Part shown: positions 31,874-41,824 of the stretch, piece after piece
How positions within the stretch are numbered: the first letter of the stretch is position 1
Layout: each line of letters opens with the position of its first letter
Assembly (NCBI GenBank): GCA_963826715.1
Contig: CAWGYA010000008.1
Location: forward strand, 384,001-448,000
Origin: Candidatus Bathyarchaeota archaeon
GTDB taxonomy: Archaea > Thermoproteota > Bathyarchaeia > Bathyarchaeales > Bathycorpusculaceae
DNA length: 64,000 nucleotides
Direction: 5' to 3'
The notes under the pieces: generated by a model
Told to the model about the DNA's origin: nothing
Databases searched by the model: none
Seen by the model: the letters and a program-made list of their open reading frames with translations, nothing else
Made by a program: the position numbers and the translations under genes

Positions 31874-32853
31874 TGACCTTCGCTTCTCCGTGCAATTTCA
31901 TCCAGCGCCAGCACCTGTCGGGGCTCATACACAACTAGACCCTGCGCGATTTTGCGGATTTTGGGCAAAAGCTCAATTAGGCAGTCTTTTTCGATAACTG
32001 TGTTGACACCGACCCAGGAATTATCGGCTAGAGGCGAAATTGTTGGGTTTTTGAGAGCTGGTAATTCGGTCAGTAGTGTCTGCAGGTTTTCTTTCTTGAC
32101 GTTAACGAATATGTGGATTCTCTTGGAACCGTCCACGACACCTTTGAGCAGGGCAACGATATCGAAGATTTTCTCGCGCTTCTCTGGATCTTCCATCGTC
32201 TTTTTGTTAGCAATTAAGACAGCTGCAGACTGAAGTACGGTATCTATGATGCGGAGGTTGTTGGCTTCGATTGTGCTGCCAGTCTCAGTCACGTCCATGA
32301 TGCAATCAGAATTTTCTGGTGGTTTAGCTTCTGTTGCGCCAAACGAAAGAAAGATTTTTGCTCGGGAATTATCTCCTTTTTTCCACCACGGAGTAACCAA
32401 CATAGGGTCAGCATCTCCGAAGCGTTTCTTGTATTGTGGCTGACTTTTGAGATATTCGGAGGCAATATTGAGGTATTCAGTGCTAACTCTGAAATTCTTA
32501 TCTTGTACCCAAATTGATTCCATGAATTCACCAAAGGTGGTACCTTCAGGTACACTATTGGGAACAGCTATAACTAGACGGATTTTGCCGTATTCTAGAT
32601 TCTGCAGAATCTCCACATCAGCTCTGTTTTCCCGAACCCAATCTTCGCCCGTGATGCCTATATCCTGAAGACCTTCGTTCACAAACACGGGAATTTCTTG
32701 GGGACGTAGAACTTTGAGCTCTATCTGGGGATCGTTTATGTTGGGGCGATATGTTCGATCTGATGCACCGATTTTAAAGCCTGATTTGGAGAAAAATTCG
32801 GCTGTTGCTTTTTCCAGGGAGCCTTTTGGGATGGCAAATTTTATTTTATCCAT
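31852..32853 (-). CDS. hisG: ATP phosphoribosyltransferase (long form)
   Basis: AIPKGSL, GITGED, GATEA, DVTETGST and C-terminal regulatory domain. Confidence 0.95.
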   Translation of the reverse strand: MDKIKFAIPKGSLEKATAEFFSKSGFKIGASDRTYRPNINDPQIELKVLRPQEIPVFVNEGLQDIGITGEDWVRENRADVEILQNLEYGKIRLVIAVPNSVPEGTTFGEFMESIWVQDKNFRVSTEYLNIASEYLKSQPQYKKRFGDADPMLVTPWWKKGDNSRAKIFLSFGATEAKPPENSDCIMDVTETGSTIEANNLRIIDTVLQSAAVLIANKKTMEDPEKREKIFDIVALLKGVVDGSKRIHIFVNVKKENLQTLLTELPALKNPTISPLADNSWVGVNTVIEKDCLIELLPKIRKIAQGLVVYEPRQVLALDEIARRSEGQCRKDQP

Positions 32854-33096
32854 AAATTTTCACCTAAAGATTTAGAGAGTTGTCTGGGCGATTTTTGTTT
32901 TGTACAAACTTTCTGTTGTGACAATGCGTCTAATTTACAATATGTTTTTGTTAAACTTCCAATGAAGGCAATCGCCTTGTATGAACGCAATCCCTCATCA
33001 TATGTCACTAAACGACACCACAACGCCTGTCTCCCATATAAACTATTTCACTAATATTTAACTGTCGAAAAAATCAAGTGCCTAAATAGCAGCGAA

Positions 33097-33657
33097 CTAT
33101 TGAGTTTTTATTTCGAAAACAAGTGGAGGTACCGAATTATGTGTCTCCAAAGCTACCCCAAGTAGCCCTTCCATTATGCCTCTCCAGATTTCGCAATCAG
33201 GAATAAAGGGGGTTTTTAGGAGGAGAAATTTGTCTTTGTGATAGAAATCACCAAAGCCTTGTATCTTAAGCTGATTAAACACGGTTCCCCAGTTCATAGG
33301 TACAGAGGCGTCGACACCAATTGTGGACTGAATTGAAACTTTCAATGCGTTACCCATTCTAGCGCCAACTTCATGCCACTTCTCTTTGGGAATCTGCTGA
33401 GTTAGTATGTTAAGAAGTTCAACGTTGACAAACGCTATACGACTGATTCCGCAGTAGTATTCACCTGGAAACCGCCAATCTTCAATGTTCATGCTGCGAT
33501 AAATGTCAAGCATTTTGGAGATAAGGGGTTTGATACCTGGTTCCTTGCCTTCCGCAATGAGCTTTTCTATAAATTCACGTTCGCTACGCTCCAGAATGAT
33601 GGTAGTACGTTTGATTTCTTCGCACTTTTCTGGAGGCTTGGGCTTACCGTACTGCAT
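33097..33657 (-). CDS. Hypothetical protein, possible RHH-type regulator with ligand domain
   Basis: KRTTIILE N-terminal strand-helix pattern; QGFGD region. Confidence 0.65.
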   Translation of the reverse strand: MQYGKPKPPEKCEEIKRTTIILERSEREFIEKLIAEGKEPGIKPLISKMLDIYRSMNIEDWRFPGEYYCGISRIAFVNVELLNILTQQIPKEKWHEVGARMGNALKVSIQSTIGVDASVPMNWGTVFNQLKIQGFGDFYHKDKFLLLKTPFIPDCEIWRGIMEGLLGVALETHNSVPPLVFEIKTQ

Positions 33658-33939
33658 AACATATATTCTTTTAGAAATATGTAATATGTCTTATGTATTC
33701 TGAAAGCATATTCACCATCAAGGTTTCTTCCTTGAAATAATCCATTGCAAAATGCGCCATCCCCCGTATATACACCAATAAAAAACACCAATTACTAGCA
33801 AAACCGAGCAATTTACTCAAATAGTTACAATAAAAAAAATGTTATTTGCCAGGTCTTTTAACTGAGAAATAATTTTTTGGGCGCACATTTCTTGTTAGGA
33901 CAGGAATAGTTAATAAAACAGGGTTTGCCTAATTTGGTC

Positions 33940-33994
33940 GCCGATGAAGAATCTAAAAAGCTGACTTGATGATGCACTCTAGGGTATCTGAGGC
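33940..33994 (+). ncRNA. Box C/D methylation-guide sRNA
   Basis: C ATGAAGA 33944-50, D' CTGA 33961-64, C' TGATGA 33967-72, D CTGA 33988-91; GCC/GGC termini; TATA-like TTAATAAA at 33910. Confidence 0.8.
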
Positions 33995-34006
33995 AAAATT
34001 TTGGGT

Positions 34007-34267
34007 TTAGGTAATGACTTTTTTGCGAATCAAATAAATAATCATGCCCAAGCCTAATATGAAAAGCACTAAACCGATACCGATGGAAACAAAGTATTCA
34101 AGGTGCAAGATGTTCGCCAGAAGATACGGCACATATGTGGGACCAACAAACACCAAAATCACTGAGAGAAGTGTTAAGGTTATTCTTGTGGATTTAGATT
34201 CCAGTCCACTTACTTCTACATCTTCATTTGTTTGTGTCATAGCGGGCCCCAACTTATTGCTCATCAA
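34007..34267 (-). CDS. Small two-TM membrane protein
   Basis: Two hydrophobic helices; overlaps the 3' end of the PAC2 gene. Confidence 0.7.
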   Translation of the reverse strand: MMSNKLGPAMTQTNEDVEVSGLESKSTRITLTLLSVILVFVGPTYVPYLLANILHLEYFVSIGIGLVLFILGLGMIIYLIRKKVIT

Positions 34268-34925
34268 TTGGATTGTTGTCTACAAAACCTTCTTTTATCT
34301 CTTTTCCTAAAGCCTTCATTAAAAATTTGAAAACCTGAAATCCAGCGCCTCTATCAGCCTTAAAACCCATGGTTGTCCCTAGTAAACTGACGCCGTCAAT
34401 CTTACGTTCCTTCGCTAACGCCAAAGTCAAACCAGTTCCACCGACGATTCTACCTTTGCTGTAGATTACGCCGCCTTTCTCCATGAACTCGGTAGCTAAA
34501 CGCTGAGATGTGGCCGCAATGTAAACCTGCGTTTTATCCTCAGTGATCGGTACCCCACCCATTGTAACTAAGAAGCGGCAGCCTATGGATTCAACAAAAT
34601 CAAGCACTGAATCGCAAACCACATAGTGAGCAACAACATCTTCGAAGGAAGGCTGAATTTCCCCTGTCATAATGATTAAGTTGTTTTTTTCCATTGGAGC
34701 ATAATAGAATTCGTAGCGGGGCAAATTGGAGATTCCCTTAGTGGTTATTGCAATGTAATCGGGGAAGGTCGGTGAATAGAGCTCCGCAAAAGGTTTCGCG
34801 TCACAAAACTTGATGAGTAGGTGAGCCGCAATTCTGCCCACGTTGCCAAATCCGGGTAGCCCCTGAACAAAAATTGGATTATCCAACGGAGGATTTGTAA
34901 GTTTATGCAGATACGGCTTATCCAT
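34254..34925 (-). CDS. PAC2 (proteasome assembly chaperone) family protein
   Basis: QGLPGFGNVG, LYSP.FP, GEIQP, TMGG, IVGGTGL. Confidence 0.9.
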   Translation of the reverse strand: MDKPYLHKLTNPPLDNPIFVQGLPGFGNVGRIAAHLLIKFCDAKPFAELYSPTFPDYIAITTKGISNLPRYEFYYAPMEKNNLIIMTGEIQPSFEDVVAHYVVCDSVLDFVESIGCRFLVTMGGVPITEDKTQVYIAATSQRLATEFMEKGGVIYSKGRIVGGTGLTLALAKERKIDGVSLLGTTMGFKADRGAGFQVFKFLMKALGKEIKEGFVDNNPIDEQ

Positions 34926-35047
34926 CGTAACATCCAGCGTTAGAAATATGTTCGACACTAAAATGCTTTTGCCGCATTGGAAAGTGAAACTATTAATATT
35001 TGACGAGTAAAGTAATAGAATACACCAAAGCGTTTTTTGTGAAACGC

Positions 35048-35123
35048 AGCGGGGTGGGGTAGCCAGGATTAACCCGCTGGGCTCATAACCCAGAGATCAG
35101 TAGTTCAAATCTACTCCCCGCTA
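35048..35123 (+). tRNA. Initiator tRNA-Met (CAT)
   Basis: AGCGGGG/CCCCGCT acceptor stem with A1-U72; GGG/CCC anticodon stem around CTCATAA; TTCAAAT T-loop; no intron. Confidence 0.97.
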
Positions 35124-35452
35124 CCTATAATTTATCTTATTTCAGACAGTATGCTTTTTCCCCGCTAATGCAAATTTTTTAGAAAATGTCAATCATATTC
35201 CATTAAAATTGTCACATACAAATTGGTTGACACAAATATAGGAGACATAGATCAAACTTGCAGTCGTAGAGTCTAAAAATAGAATGTGATAAGTCAATTG
35301 GCAGCGTCCACGCTCTTTAACAAGAGTTAATTCAAAGGTGGTAAGTGAGTATTCTAACAACTCGAGGTATAGGATTCATTTTCGAAAGGTTATCATTTTT
35401 TTAAACATGAAATTTAAATAGTTTAACCGAATAGAAGAAAACAAGACCCCAA

Positions 35453-36520
35453 ATGGCTACTTTACCCCAGATCTTCCAACAGATTTTCCAAACAAGTCTA
35501 TCTAACGCCGAAATATTAGCGTCTATAGTTATTTTCGCAATCGTAACTTTTGTTGGATGGGGGGTATACGTTGCAATCAGCAAATATTTTTGCAAATGGA
35601 CAAAGAAAACCGAAACAACCCTAGATGACGACATACTCGCCGCCATCAAAATCATCATAATAATCATGGTAGTGATTATAGGCATTGAATATGCTCTTTC
35701 ACCACTTTCGTTCCTCAAACCTTACAACGACACGCTAAACGGAGTCTTCTTAGTCATTCAAATTATGCTGATCGCCTTCGCAATTACCAGGATCTCAAAC
35801 ATCATAATAGACTGGGTTTCTAGGCGAACAACCCACATAGCAGGACAAAACAGCCATCATCTCCTATTTCTGCTTAAGAAAATACTTCAGATAGTGGTTT
35901 TCGTTTTTGCTATCTTGATTATACTTTATGCATTCAAAGTTGACCTAACTGGAGCAATAGTCGGGTTAGGCGTTGGGGGGATTGCAATAGCCTTCGCCCT
36001 ACAAAGCACGCTAAGCGACTTCTTTAGCGCATTCTCCATCTACTTTGATAGACCCTTCGAAATCGGCGATTTTATTGTCGTTGGAGAGTACAGTGGCACT
36101 GTCACTAATATCGGAGTTAAATCCACCCGCGTCAAATTGCTCCAAGGTGAGGAGCTTGTCATTTCAAACCAAGAACTTACAACAGCCAGCGTACGGAACT
36201 TTAGAAAACTAGAAAAAAGACGTGTAACCTTTACCATAGGAGTAACTTACGACACCCCAGTAGAGAAACTCAGAAAAATTCCACCAATCATAAAGAACAT
36301 ATTCGAAAAAGTTGAAGGCGCAAAATTGGATAGGGTTAATTTTACAGAATTCGGCGACTTCAGCCTAAAATTCTTAATAGTCTATTACGTGAACTCAGCT
36401 GATTGGGGAGAATACCTAGAAGTGCAGCAACGCGTTAACTTCTCGATTAAGGAAGCTTTCGAAGTAGAAAACATAGAGATGGCGTTCCCAACAAGTACAA
36501 TCTATGTCAAAAAAGATTAG
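35453..36520 (+). CDS. mscS: MscS mechanosensitive channel
   Basis: GLGVGGIAIAFALQ, RPFEIGDFI, V.NIG..ST, AFPT. Confidence 0.95.
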   Translation: MATLPQIFQQIFQTSLSNAEILASIVIFAIVTFVGWGVYVAISKYFCKWTKKTETTLDDDILAAIKIIIIIMVVIIGIEYALSPLSFLKPYNDTLNGVFLVIQIMLIAFAITRISNIIIDWVSRRTTHIAGQNSHHLLFLLKKILQIVVFVFAILIILYAFKVDLTGAIVGLGVGGIAIAFALQSTLSDFFSAFSIYFDRPFEIGDFIVVGEYSGTVTNIGVKSTRVKLLQGEELVISNQELTTASVRNFRKLEKRRVTFTIGVTYDTPVEKLRKIPPIIKNIFEKVEGAKLDRVNFTEFGDFSLKFLIVYYVNSADWGEYLEVQQRVNFSIKEAFEVENIEMAFPTSTIYVKKD

Positions 36521-36559
36521 GGAAAAATCCTTTGCGGGGTTTTAACCAAGCATCTATTG

Positions 36560-37723
36560 TCACTTGAAGGCGCCTGCGATTCTTCGACAGGCTTCCACTA
36601 TGCGATCTTTTGGCTGCGTAAAGGTTATTCTTGCGTAACCTTCCCCATGAGTTCCAAACCCAATCCCCGGAGTTATAGCTACTCCTGCATCAAGCAGTTT
36701 AGTGGCGAATTTCATAGAATTACCTTCACAGTTAACCCAAACATAGAATGTGGCTTTGGGCTTATCGCATTTGTAACCTATTTGGTGGAGGGTATCTACG
36801 AGCATATCGCGGCGTTCCTGGAGGATTTGGTTGTTTTTCTTGAGGAATGCCGGGGCTTGGTTATCAGTATAACTATTCAATGCTTTCACAGCGACTTTCT
36901 GTGTGTAAACTGGCGGACCTGAATCAATCTGTGATTTCACCTTAGCTAAACCAGTAATAAGCTGTTTGTTCCCTACGGCAAAACCTATTCGGTCACCAGT
37001 CATGTTAAAGGTCTTGGAGAGCGAATTAAACTCAACTGCCACATCCAAAGCTCCGTCAATTTCCAATATACTAGGGGCACGATAACCATCGTAGGTAATT
37101 TCGGAGTAGGCGTTGTCGTAGCAGAGGATTATTTTATTTTCTTTAGCGAATTCAACTGCTTCTTTTAGGCATTGGTAGTCAACAGTGGCAGCGGTGGGGT
37201 TATTGGGATAATTGATGAACATCATTTTGACATTGTGAGCATCAATGGCTTCAAAGTCAGGGAGGAAATTGTTCTCCTCAAGCAAGGGAAAGGTGACAGG
37301 AGTGCCGTCGCAAAGAATAGCGCTTCCGTTGGCATAGACGGGGTACGCGGGATCAGGTACCAAAACGCGATCGCCGACGTCCACGAAGGCACGGGCGATG
37401 TTCGCGATGCCTTCTTTGGAGCCCAACAGCGCTACCACTTGATCTTGTGCTACGTCTACACCAAAACGGTTCTTGTACCAGGTTGAAACGGCCAAGCGGA
37501 AGTCGGGTTCGCCTTGGCTAAAACTGTAATTGTGGTTTTTTGTATTGGAGGCTTCCTCTTTTAAGGCATCAACTATAAGAGGTGGCGGAGGCAAATCGGG
37601 GTCGCCAATGCTTAATGATATTAGGTCGATGCCTTGAGCTTTCTTTACTTTCTGGATTTTTTCAATTTCAGCAAACAAATACGGTGGTAACCGCTTGATT
37701 CTCTCTGCATACTCAAAAGTCAT
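36560..37723 (-). CDS. dapL: LL-diaminopimelate aminotransferase
   Basis: LPPYLF, GSKEG, NYPNNPT, SLSKTFNMTG.R; last gene of the dap operon. Confidence 0.88.
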   Translation of the reverse strand: MTFEYAERIKRLPPYLFAEIEKIQKVKKAQGIDLISLSIGDPDLPPPPLIVDALKEEASNTKNHNYSFSQGEPDFRLAVSTWYKNRFGVDVAQDQVVALLGSKEGIANIARAFVDVGDRVLVPDPAYPVYANGSAILCDGTPVTFPLLEENNFLPDFEAIDAHNVKMMFINYPNNPTAATVDYQCLKEAVEFAKENKIILCYDNAYSEITYDGYRAPSILEIDGALDVAVEFNSLSKTFNMTGDRIGFAVGNKQLITGLAKVKSQIDSGPPVYTQKVAVKALNSYTDNQAPAFLKKNNQILQERRDMLVDTLHQIGYKCDKPKATFYVWVNCEGNSMKFATKLLDAGVAITPGIGFGTHGEGYARITFTQPKDRIVEACRRIAGAFK

Positions 37724-38557
37724 TTATGTCTCCTCGAATAATTCACCTTGATAAACTTTTTCGGCTGCACCATTAAGAAACATGGTTTCGTCAAATTCAA
37801 CCTGTAAATCGCCCCCAAGCACGTGAACAGTGACTTTTCCGTCGACTTTGCCTAACCTATTCGCTGCCGCAACGGCCGCGCATGTTCCCGTACCGCATGC
37901 CAAGGTTTCACCACATCCGCGTTCCCAAACCCTTACCTTAAGCTCACTCAAACCTAGAACCTGGACGAAGACCACGTTAGTTCTTTTGGGGAATGACTCG
38001 TGAATCTCAATCCTTGAACCTACATCATTTACAGGGAATGTTTCTACGTTTTCGACGAAGGTCACGCAATGTGGATTGCCCATTGAGAGGCAAGTAACTT
38101 CGTAAAGTTGACCGTCCACTTTCAAAGACTCGTTTATGGCGGTACCTTCACCCTGCATTGGCAGAGCGCTGCGTTGCCAATTGGGCGCCCCCATTTCAAC
38201 TTTAACGGACGTGACTACCTTGCCATCGAGCGTTAACCTAACAAGCTTAACTCCAGCCAAAGTCTCCACAGAGAATTCAACCTTTGTCACAATGGCGTTT
38301 TCGAAGCAATATTTGCTAAAGCAGCGGATACCGTTGCCGCACATTTCGGCTTCGCTGCCATCTGAGTTAAAAATCTTCATCTTTACATCAGCTATGGCTG
38401 AGTTATAAACTAGAAGCAGCCCGTCAGCTCCAACCGAGAAGCGTCTCTGGCAGAGTTTTTTTGCCAATATCGAAGTCTGGAGATCAGTAATTTTGTAATC
38501 TCTGTTATCAATAACTATATAGTCGTTGCCTAACCCATGCATTTTCCAGAAAAACAT
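37724..38557 (-). CDS. dapF: Diaminopimelate epimerase
   Basis: KMHGLGND, EMCGNGIRC, GNPH, ERG.GETLACGTG. Confidence 0.97.
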   Translation of the reverse strand: MFFWKMHGLGNDYIVIDNRDYKITDLQTSILAKKLCQRRFSVGADGLLLVYNSAIADVKMKIFNSDGSEAEMCGNGIRCFSKYCFENAIVTKVEFSVETLAGVKLVRLTLDGKVVTSVKVEMGAPNWQRSALPMQGEGTAINESLKVDGQLYEVTCLSMGNPHCVTFVENVETFPVNDVGSRIEIHESFPKRTNVVFVQVLGLSELKVRVWERGCGETLACGTGTCAAVAAANRLGKVDGKVTVHVLGGDLQVEFDETMFLNGAAEKVYQGELFEET

Positions 38558-39846
38558 TAGCACTCACTCTGTATCTTTTGGCTTGCCATCAAATCACCCA
38601 GTTCCTCTCGCTTGCGAACTATTGTGGCTTTACCTTGGCGAATTAATACTTCCGCTGCTCTGGGGCGCGAATTGTATTGGTTACCCATACTGAAACCATA
38701 GGCACCAGCATTTAGAACGGACAGGACATCGCCTTCTTCTATAGTTGGCAACTTACGTTCCTTGGCTAAGGCATCGCCTGACTCGCAGATTGGACCTACT
38801 ACATCGTAAATTTCTTTTTCTGCAGCATTTACCTTGTTTGCAACAAGAATTTGGTGATAGCTATCGTAGATCATCGGACGCGCCAACGTGTTGAAACCTG
38901 CGTCAACGCCAACGAATTTACGACTAGGCGTAACCTTTACAGTGTTAACACTTGTTAAGAGGATGCCTGCATCACCAACGAGGTATCTGCCAGGCTCCAC
39001 GAAAAGAAAAGGCTTACCTAATCCGTACTCTTTGACTTTGCCCTTGAATAGGGAAACAACTTTACTTGAGAATTCAGCTAAATCAAGCTCCTTATCGTCT
39101 GGCTTGTATGGTATACCGAACCCGCCGCCAATGTCAATGAATTCGAAGTCTATCCCGACTTCCTCATGCACCCGCTTCGCAATTTCAAGTAACTTCTCCA
39201 CAGCCAATACATAGGGCGCCGCATCTAAGATACCTGAGCCAATATGCATATGCATGCCGAAGCGTTCAACACGAGCGCGCTGCGCGATGGCATAGGCCTG
39301 AATTACTTCTTCTTCCCAAAGTCCAAACTTAGATTCGGCTCCAGCGGTAATACAGTGACTATGGTGTCCTGCACCGACTTCTGGGTTAACGCGGATTGAG
39401 AGAATATGTGGAACCGAAATTTTTAGAAGACGATCCATTTCGGATTGTGAATCAATGTTTATGGTGATGTTGGCGTCAGCTATCATTTTGAGTTCGTCAT
39501 TACGGACGCTTGTGCCTGTGAAGAGGATACGATCTGGTGTGAAGCCGCTGCTTAACGCCATAAAGACTTCACCAGGGCTTACCGTATCTAGATAGGCCCC
39601 CTGTGAATGAAGTATTCGCAATACTGCGAGGTTGGTGTTTGCCTTGACGGCATAGTAGATGCGCAAATACTTGTAATTGTTGATTAAGGCGGTGTAGAGC
39701 CGATTGTAATTATCGCGAATACGCTTCTCGCTGAGCAAATAAAGGGGTGTATCAAATTTTTTCGCTAATTCGATTGTAGAATACCCATCAAAATAGAGAG
39801 TGCCTTTTCGGTCTTCTAAAGGATCGCGCAATTTTCTCTTAGTCAT
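38557..39846 (-). CDS. lysA: Diaminopimelate decarboxylase
   Basis: YAVKAN, SKFG, HMHIGS, EPGR, GPICES.D, GAYG, YNSR. Confidence 0.97.
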   Translation of the reverse strand: MTKRKLRDPLEDRKGTLYFDGYSTIELAKKFDTPLYLLSEKRIRDNYNRLYTALINNYKYLRIYYAVKANTNLAVLRILHSQGAYLDTVSPGEVFMALSSGFTPDRILFTGTSVRNDELKMIADANITINIDSQSEMDRLLKISVPHILSIRVNPEVGAGHHSHCITAGAESKFGLWEEEVIQAYAIAQRARVERFGMHMHIGSGILDAAPYVLAVEKLLEIAKRVHEEVGIDFEFIDIGGGFGIPYKPDDKELDLAEFSSKVVSLFKGKVKEYGLGKPFLFVEPGRYLVGDAGILLTSVNTVKVTPSRKFVGVDAGFNTLARPMIYDSYHQILVANKVNAAEKEIYDVVGPICESGDALAKERKLPTIEEGDVLSVLNAGAYGFSMGNQYNSRPRAAEVLIRQGKATIVRKREELGDLMASQKIQSEC

Positions 39847-39879
39847 CAGATTCACCAAGTAAATAGATAAGAAAGCTGT

Positions 39880-40938
39880 TTAAGCTAAACCATTAGCTAC
39901 ATACAGCTCTGCGCTGAGGATACCTCCACCTGCAGCGCCCCGTACAGTATTATGTCCAAGGCACATGTACTTGAAAGTCATGATCGGATCTTTACGTATT
40001 CTGCCGACAGTAACGCTCATTCCAAAACCTGCTTCCCTATCGAAACGTGGCTGAGGTCGATTCTTTTCATGACGAATTATTATTGGATTAGCGGGTGCAG
40101 ATGGCAAATTGAGCAGTTGTGGCGGACCCTTGAAGTCTTCGAAAGCAGCCTCAATTTGCTCAAGGGATGGTTCCTGATCCAACTTTACAAATATTGATTC
40201 CAAGTGACCGTCTTTTACGTTAACGCGGTTGCAGCTTGAACTAAGCTTGAAATCAGCTTTCACTATGCCTTTCTCATTGTAAATTCCCAAAATCTTCAGG
40301 GCCTCTGCTTCCATTTTGTCCTCTTCGCCCGAAATAAAGGGAACCACATTATCAATGATGTCAAGCGAAGCAACACCAGGATAACCTGCACCACTTAAAG
40401 CCTGCATTGTAGTGACAATTACTTGTCGAAGACCGAACTGCATGAGCGGCTTCAAGGTAATTGCCATCTGGATAGTGCTGCAATTGGGGTCAGTAGAGAT
40501 AAAGCCTTTCCACCCACGCAATCGCTGCTGAACTTTCACGAGTTCAATGTGATCAGCGTTGATTTCTGGAATAATCAAGGGAACATCTTTTTCCATGCGG
40601 TGAGCGCTAGCTTTGCTGAACACAGGGTACATAGCGCCGAATTCAGCTTCAACTGGACCCGCTAAATCTCCAGGTAATGATGTGAATACTAAGTCAAAGT
40701 CGCCTGTTTTCTCCGCAGAGGTGATATCTATGTTTGCAACTGGCATTTCACCTATTTCTTTAGGCATGTCCGTCTCCATGAGCCAGGTACAGGCATCCTT
40801 GAATTTTTTGCCCGCGCTCCGCTCTGAAGCCGCAAGCACGGATACCTCGAACCAAGGATGACCCTGTAAGAGTTGAATATACCGTTGTCCAACGGCCCCT
40901 GTTGCGCCTAAAATGGCGACTTTACGCTTATTTGACAT
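39880..40938 (-). CDS. asd: Aspartate-semialdehyde dehydrogenase
   Basis: GATGAVGQ, PNCS, QALSGAGY, HNTVRGAAG. Confidence 0.96.
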   Translation of the reverse strand: MSNKRKVAILGATGAVGQRYIQLLQGHPWFEVSVLAASERSAGKKFKDACTWLMETDMPKEIGEMPVANIDITSAEKTGDFDLVFTSLPGDLAGPVEAEFGAMYPVFSKASAHRMEKDVPLIIPEINADHIELVKVQQRLRGWKGFISTDPNCSTIQMAITLKPLMQFGLRQVIVTTMQALSGAGYPGVASLDIIDNVVPFISGEEDKMEAEALKILGIYNEKGIVKADFKLSSSCNRVNVKDGHLESIFVKLDQEPSLEQIEAAFEDFKGPPQLLNLPSAPANPIIIRHEKNRPQPRFDREAGFGMSVTVGRIRKDPIMTFKYMCLGHNTVRGAAGGGILSAELYVANGLA

Positions 40939-41008
40939 TTCACTATTTCTTCCTTTGCAATTTTCTTTTAGTGCTTTCTTAAATAAAAAAGGTAATGGTG
41001 GCTTTCGA

Positions 41009-41824
41009 CTAAGTTAAGCTTAATACATCAACCATATTGTAGATTTTTTGTTCTGTCTGCTTACTAACCCATTCTGCCGCTATAACCGCGCCCTGAGCAA
41101 AAACATCACGTGTGAAGGCAATATGTTCGATTCGCAACATCTCATGAGGTCCAGCCACGATTAAATCATGGATGCCCGCAACACCGCCAGCTCGCATAGT
41201 GGTAACTTCGAGTTCCCCCGGTTGACGAGGACTTGTTCCTTCTCTACCAGAGACAGTTTTGCTGTACCCACGTACAGTGGAGATGATTTCGCTGAGCCTC
41301 TTTGCGGTACCGCTGGGGGCATCTTTTTTGCCTGTGTGGTGGATTTCGCTTATACTGAAATCGAAGCCCATCGGAAAGGCACCAAGGTGCTCCGCGAGTT
41401 TGAAGAGCATGTTAATACCTACGCTATAGTTGGGTGAGAACACCGAGGGTACCTTACCGTCCATTGCGGATATGACTTGATGTTTCTGCTCTGGAGTGAA
41501 ACCTGTAGTGCCTAAAACAATGCGCTTTCCGAGGTTAGCAGCTATAGGAATATTAACCAAATCGGCCTCAGGGGCTGTAAAACTTATGAAGACAGTAGCT
41601 TCCTTAAGTGCATCCTCTAAGTTGTCAGAACTCTGAATCACTGTATCTTGGTTTGTAATACCAAGTTGGCGGAGAGTTTTCCCAATTGCAGGGGTGCCAA
41701 AAGTCGCCATTGACCCCTCCGGAGCTTCAATTGCACCAACTGTTGGTATCCCTTTTGCATTAGCTTCCTGTATTATCGCAACGCCCATTCTGCCTGCTGC
41801 GCCTGCGACGCAGAGCTTAAGCAT
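41009..41824 (-). CDS. dapB: 4-hydroxy-tetrahydrodipicolinate reductase
   Basis: GAAGRMG, GTTG, EIHH..KKDAPSGTA. Confidence 0.96.
   Translation of the reverse strand: MLKLCVAGAAGRMGVAIIQEANAKGIPTVGAIEAPEGSMATFGTPAIGKTLRQLGITNQDTVIQSSDNLEDALKEATVFISFTAPEADLVNIPIAANLGKRIVLGTTGFTPEQKHQVISAMDGKVPSVFSPNYSVGINMLFKLAEHLGAFPMGFDFSISEIHHTGKKDAPSGTAKRLSEIISTVRGYSKTVSGREGTSPRQPGELEVTTMRAGGVAGIHDLIVAGPHEMLRIEHIAFTRDVFAQGAVIAAEWVSKQTEQKIYNMVDVLSLT

Noticed and set aside
32901-32906. Single TGTACA in the his leader
   Set aside because: A lone hexamer is expected by chance; no tandem boxes.
35124-35452. Possible integration site after the tRNA
   Set aside because: No integrase and no duplicated tRNA 3' end seen in the window.
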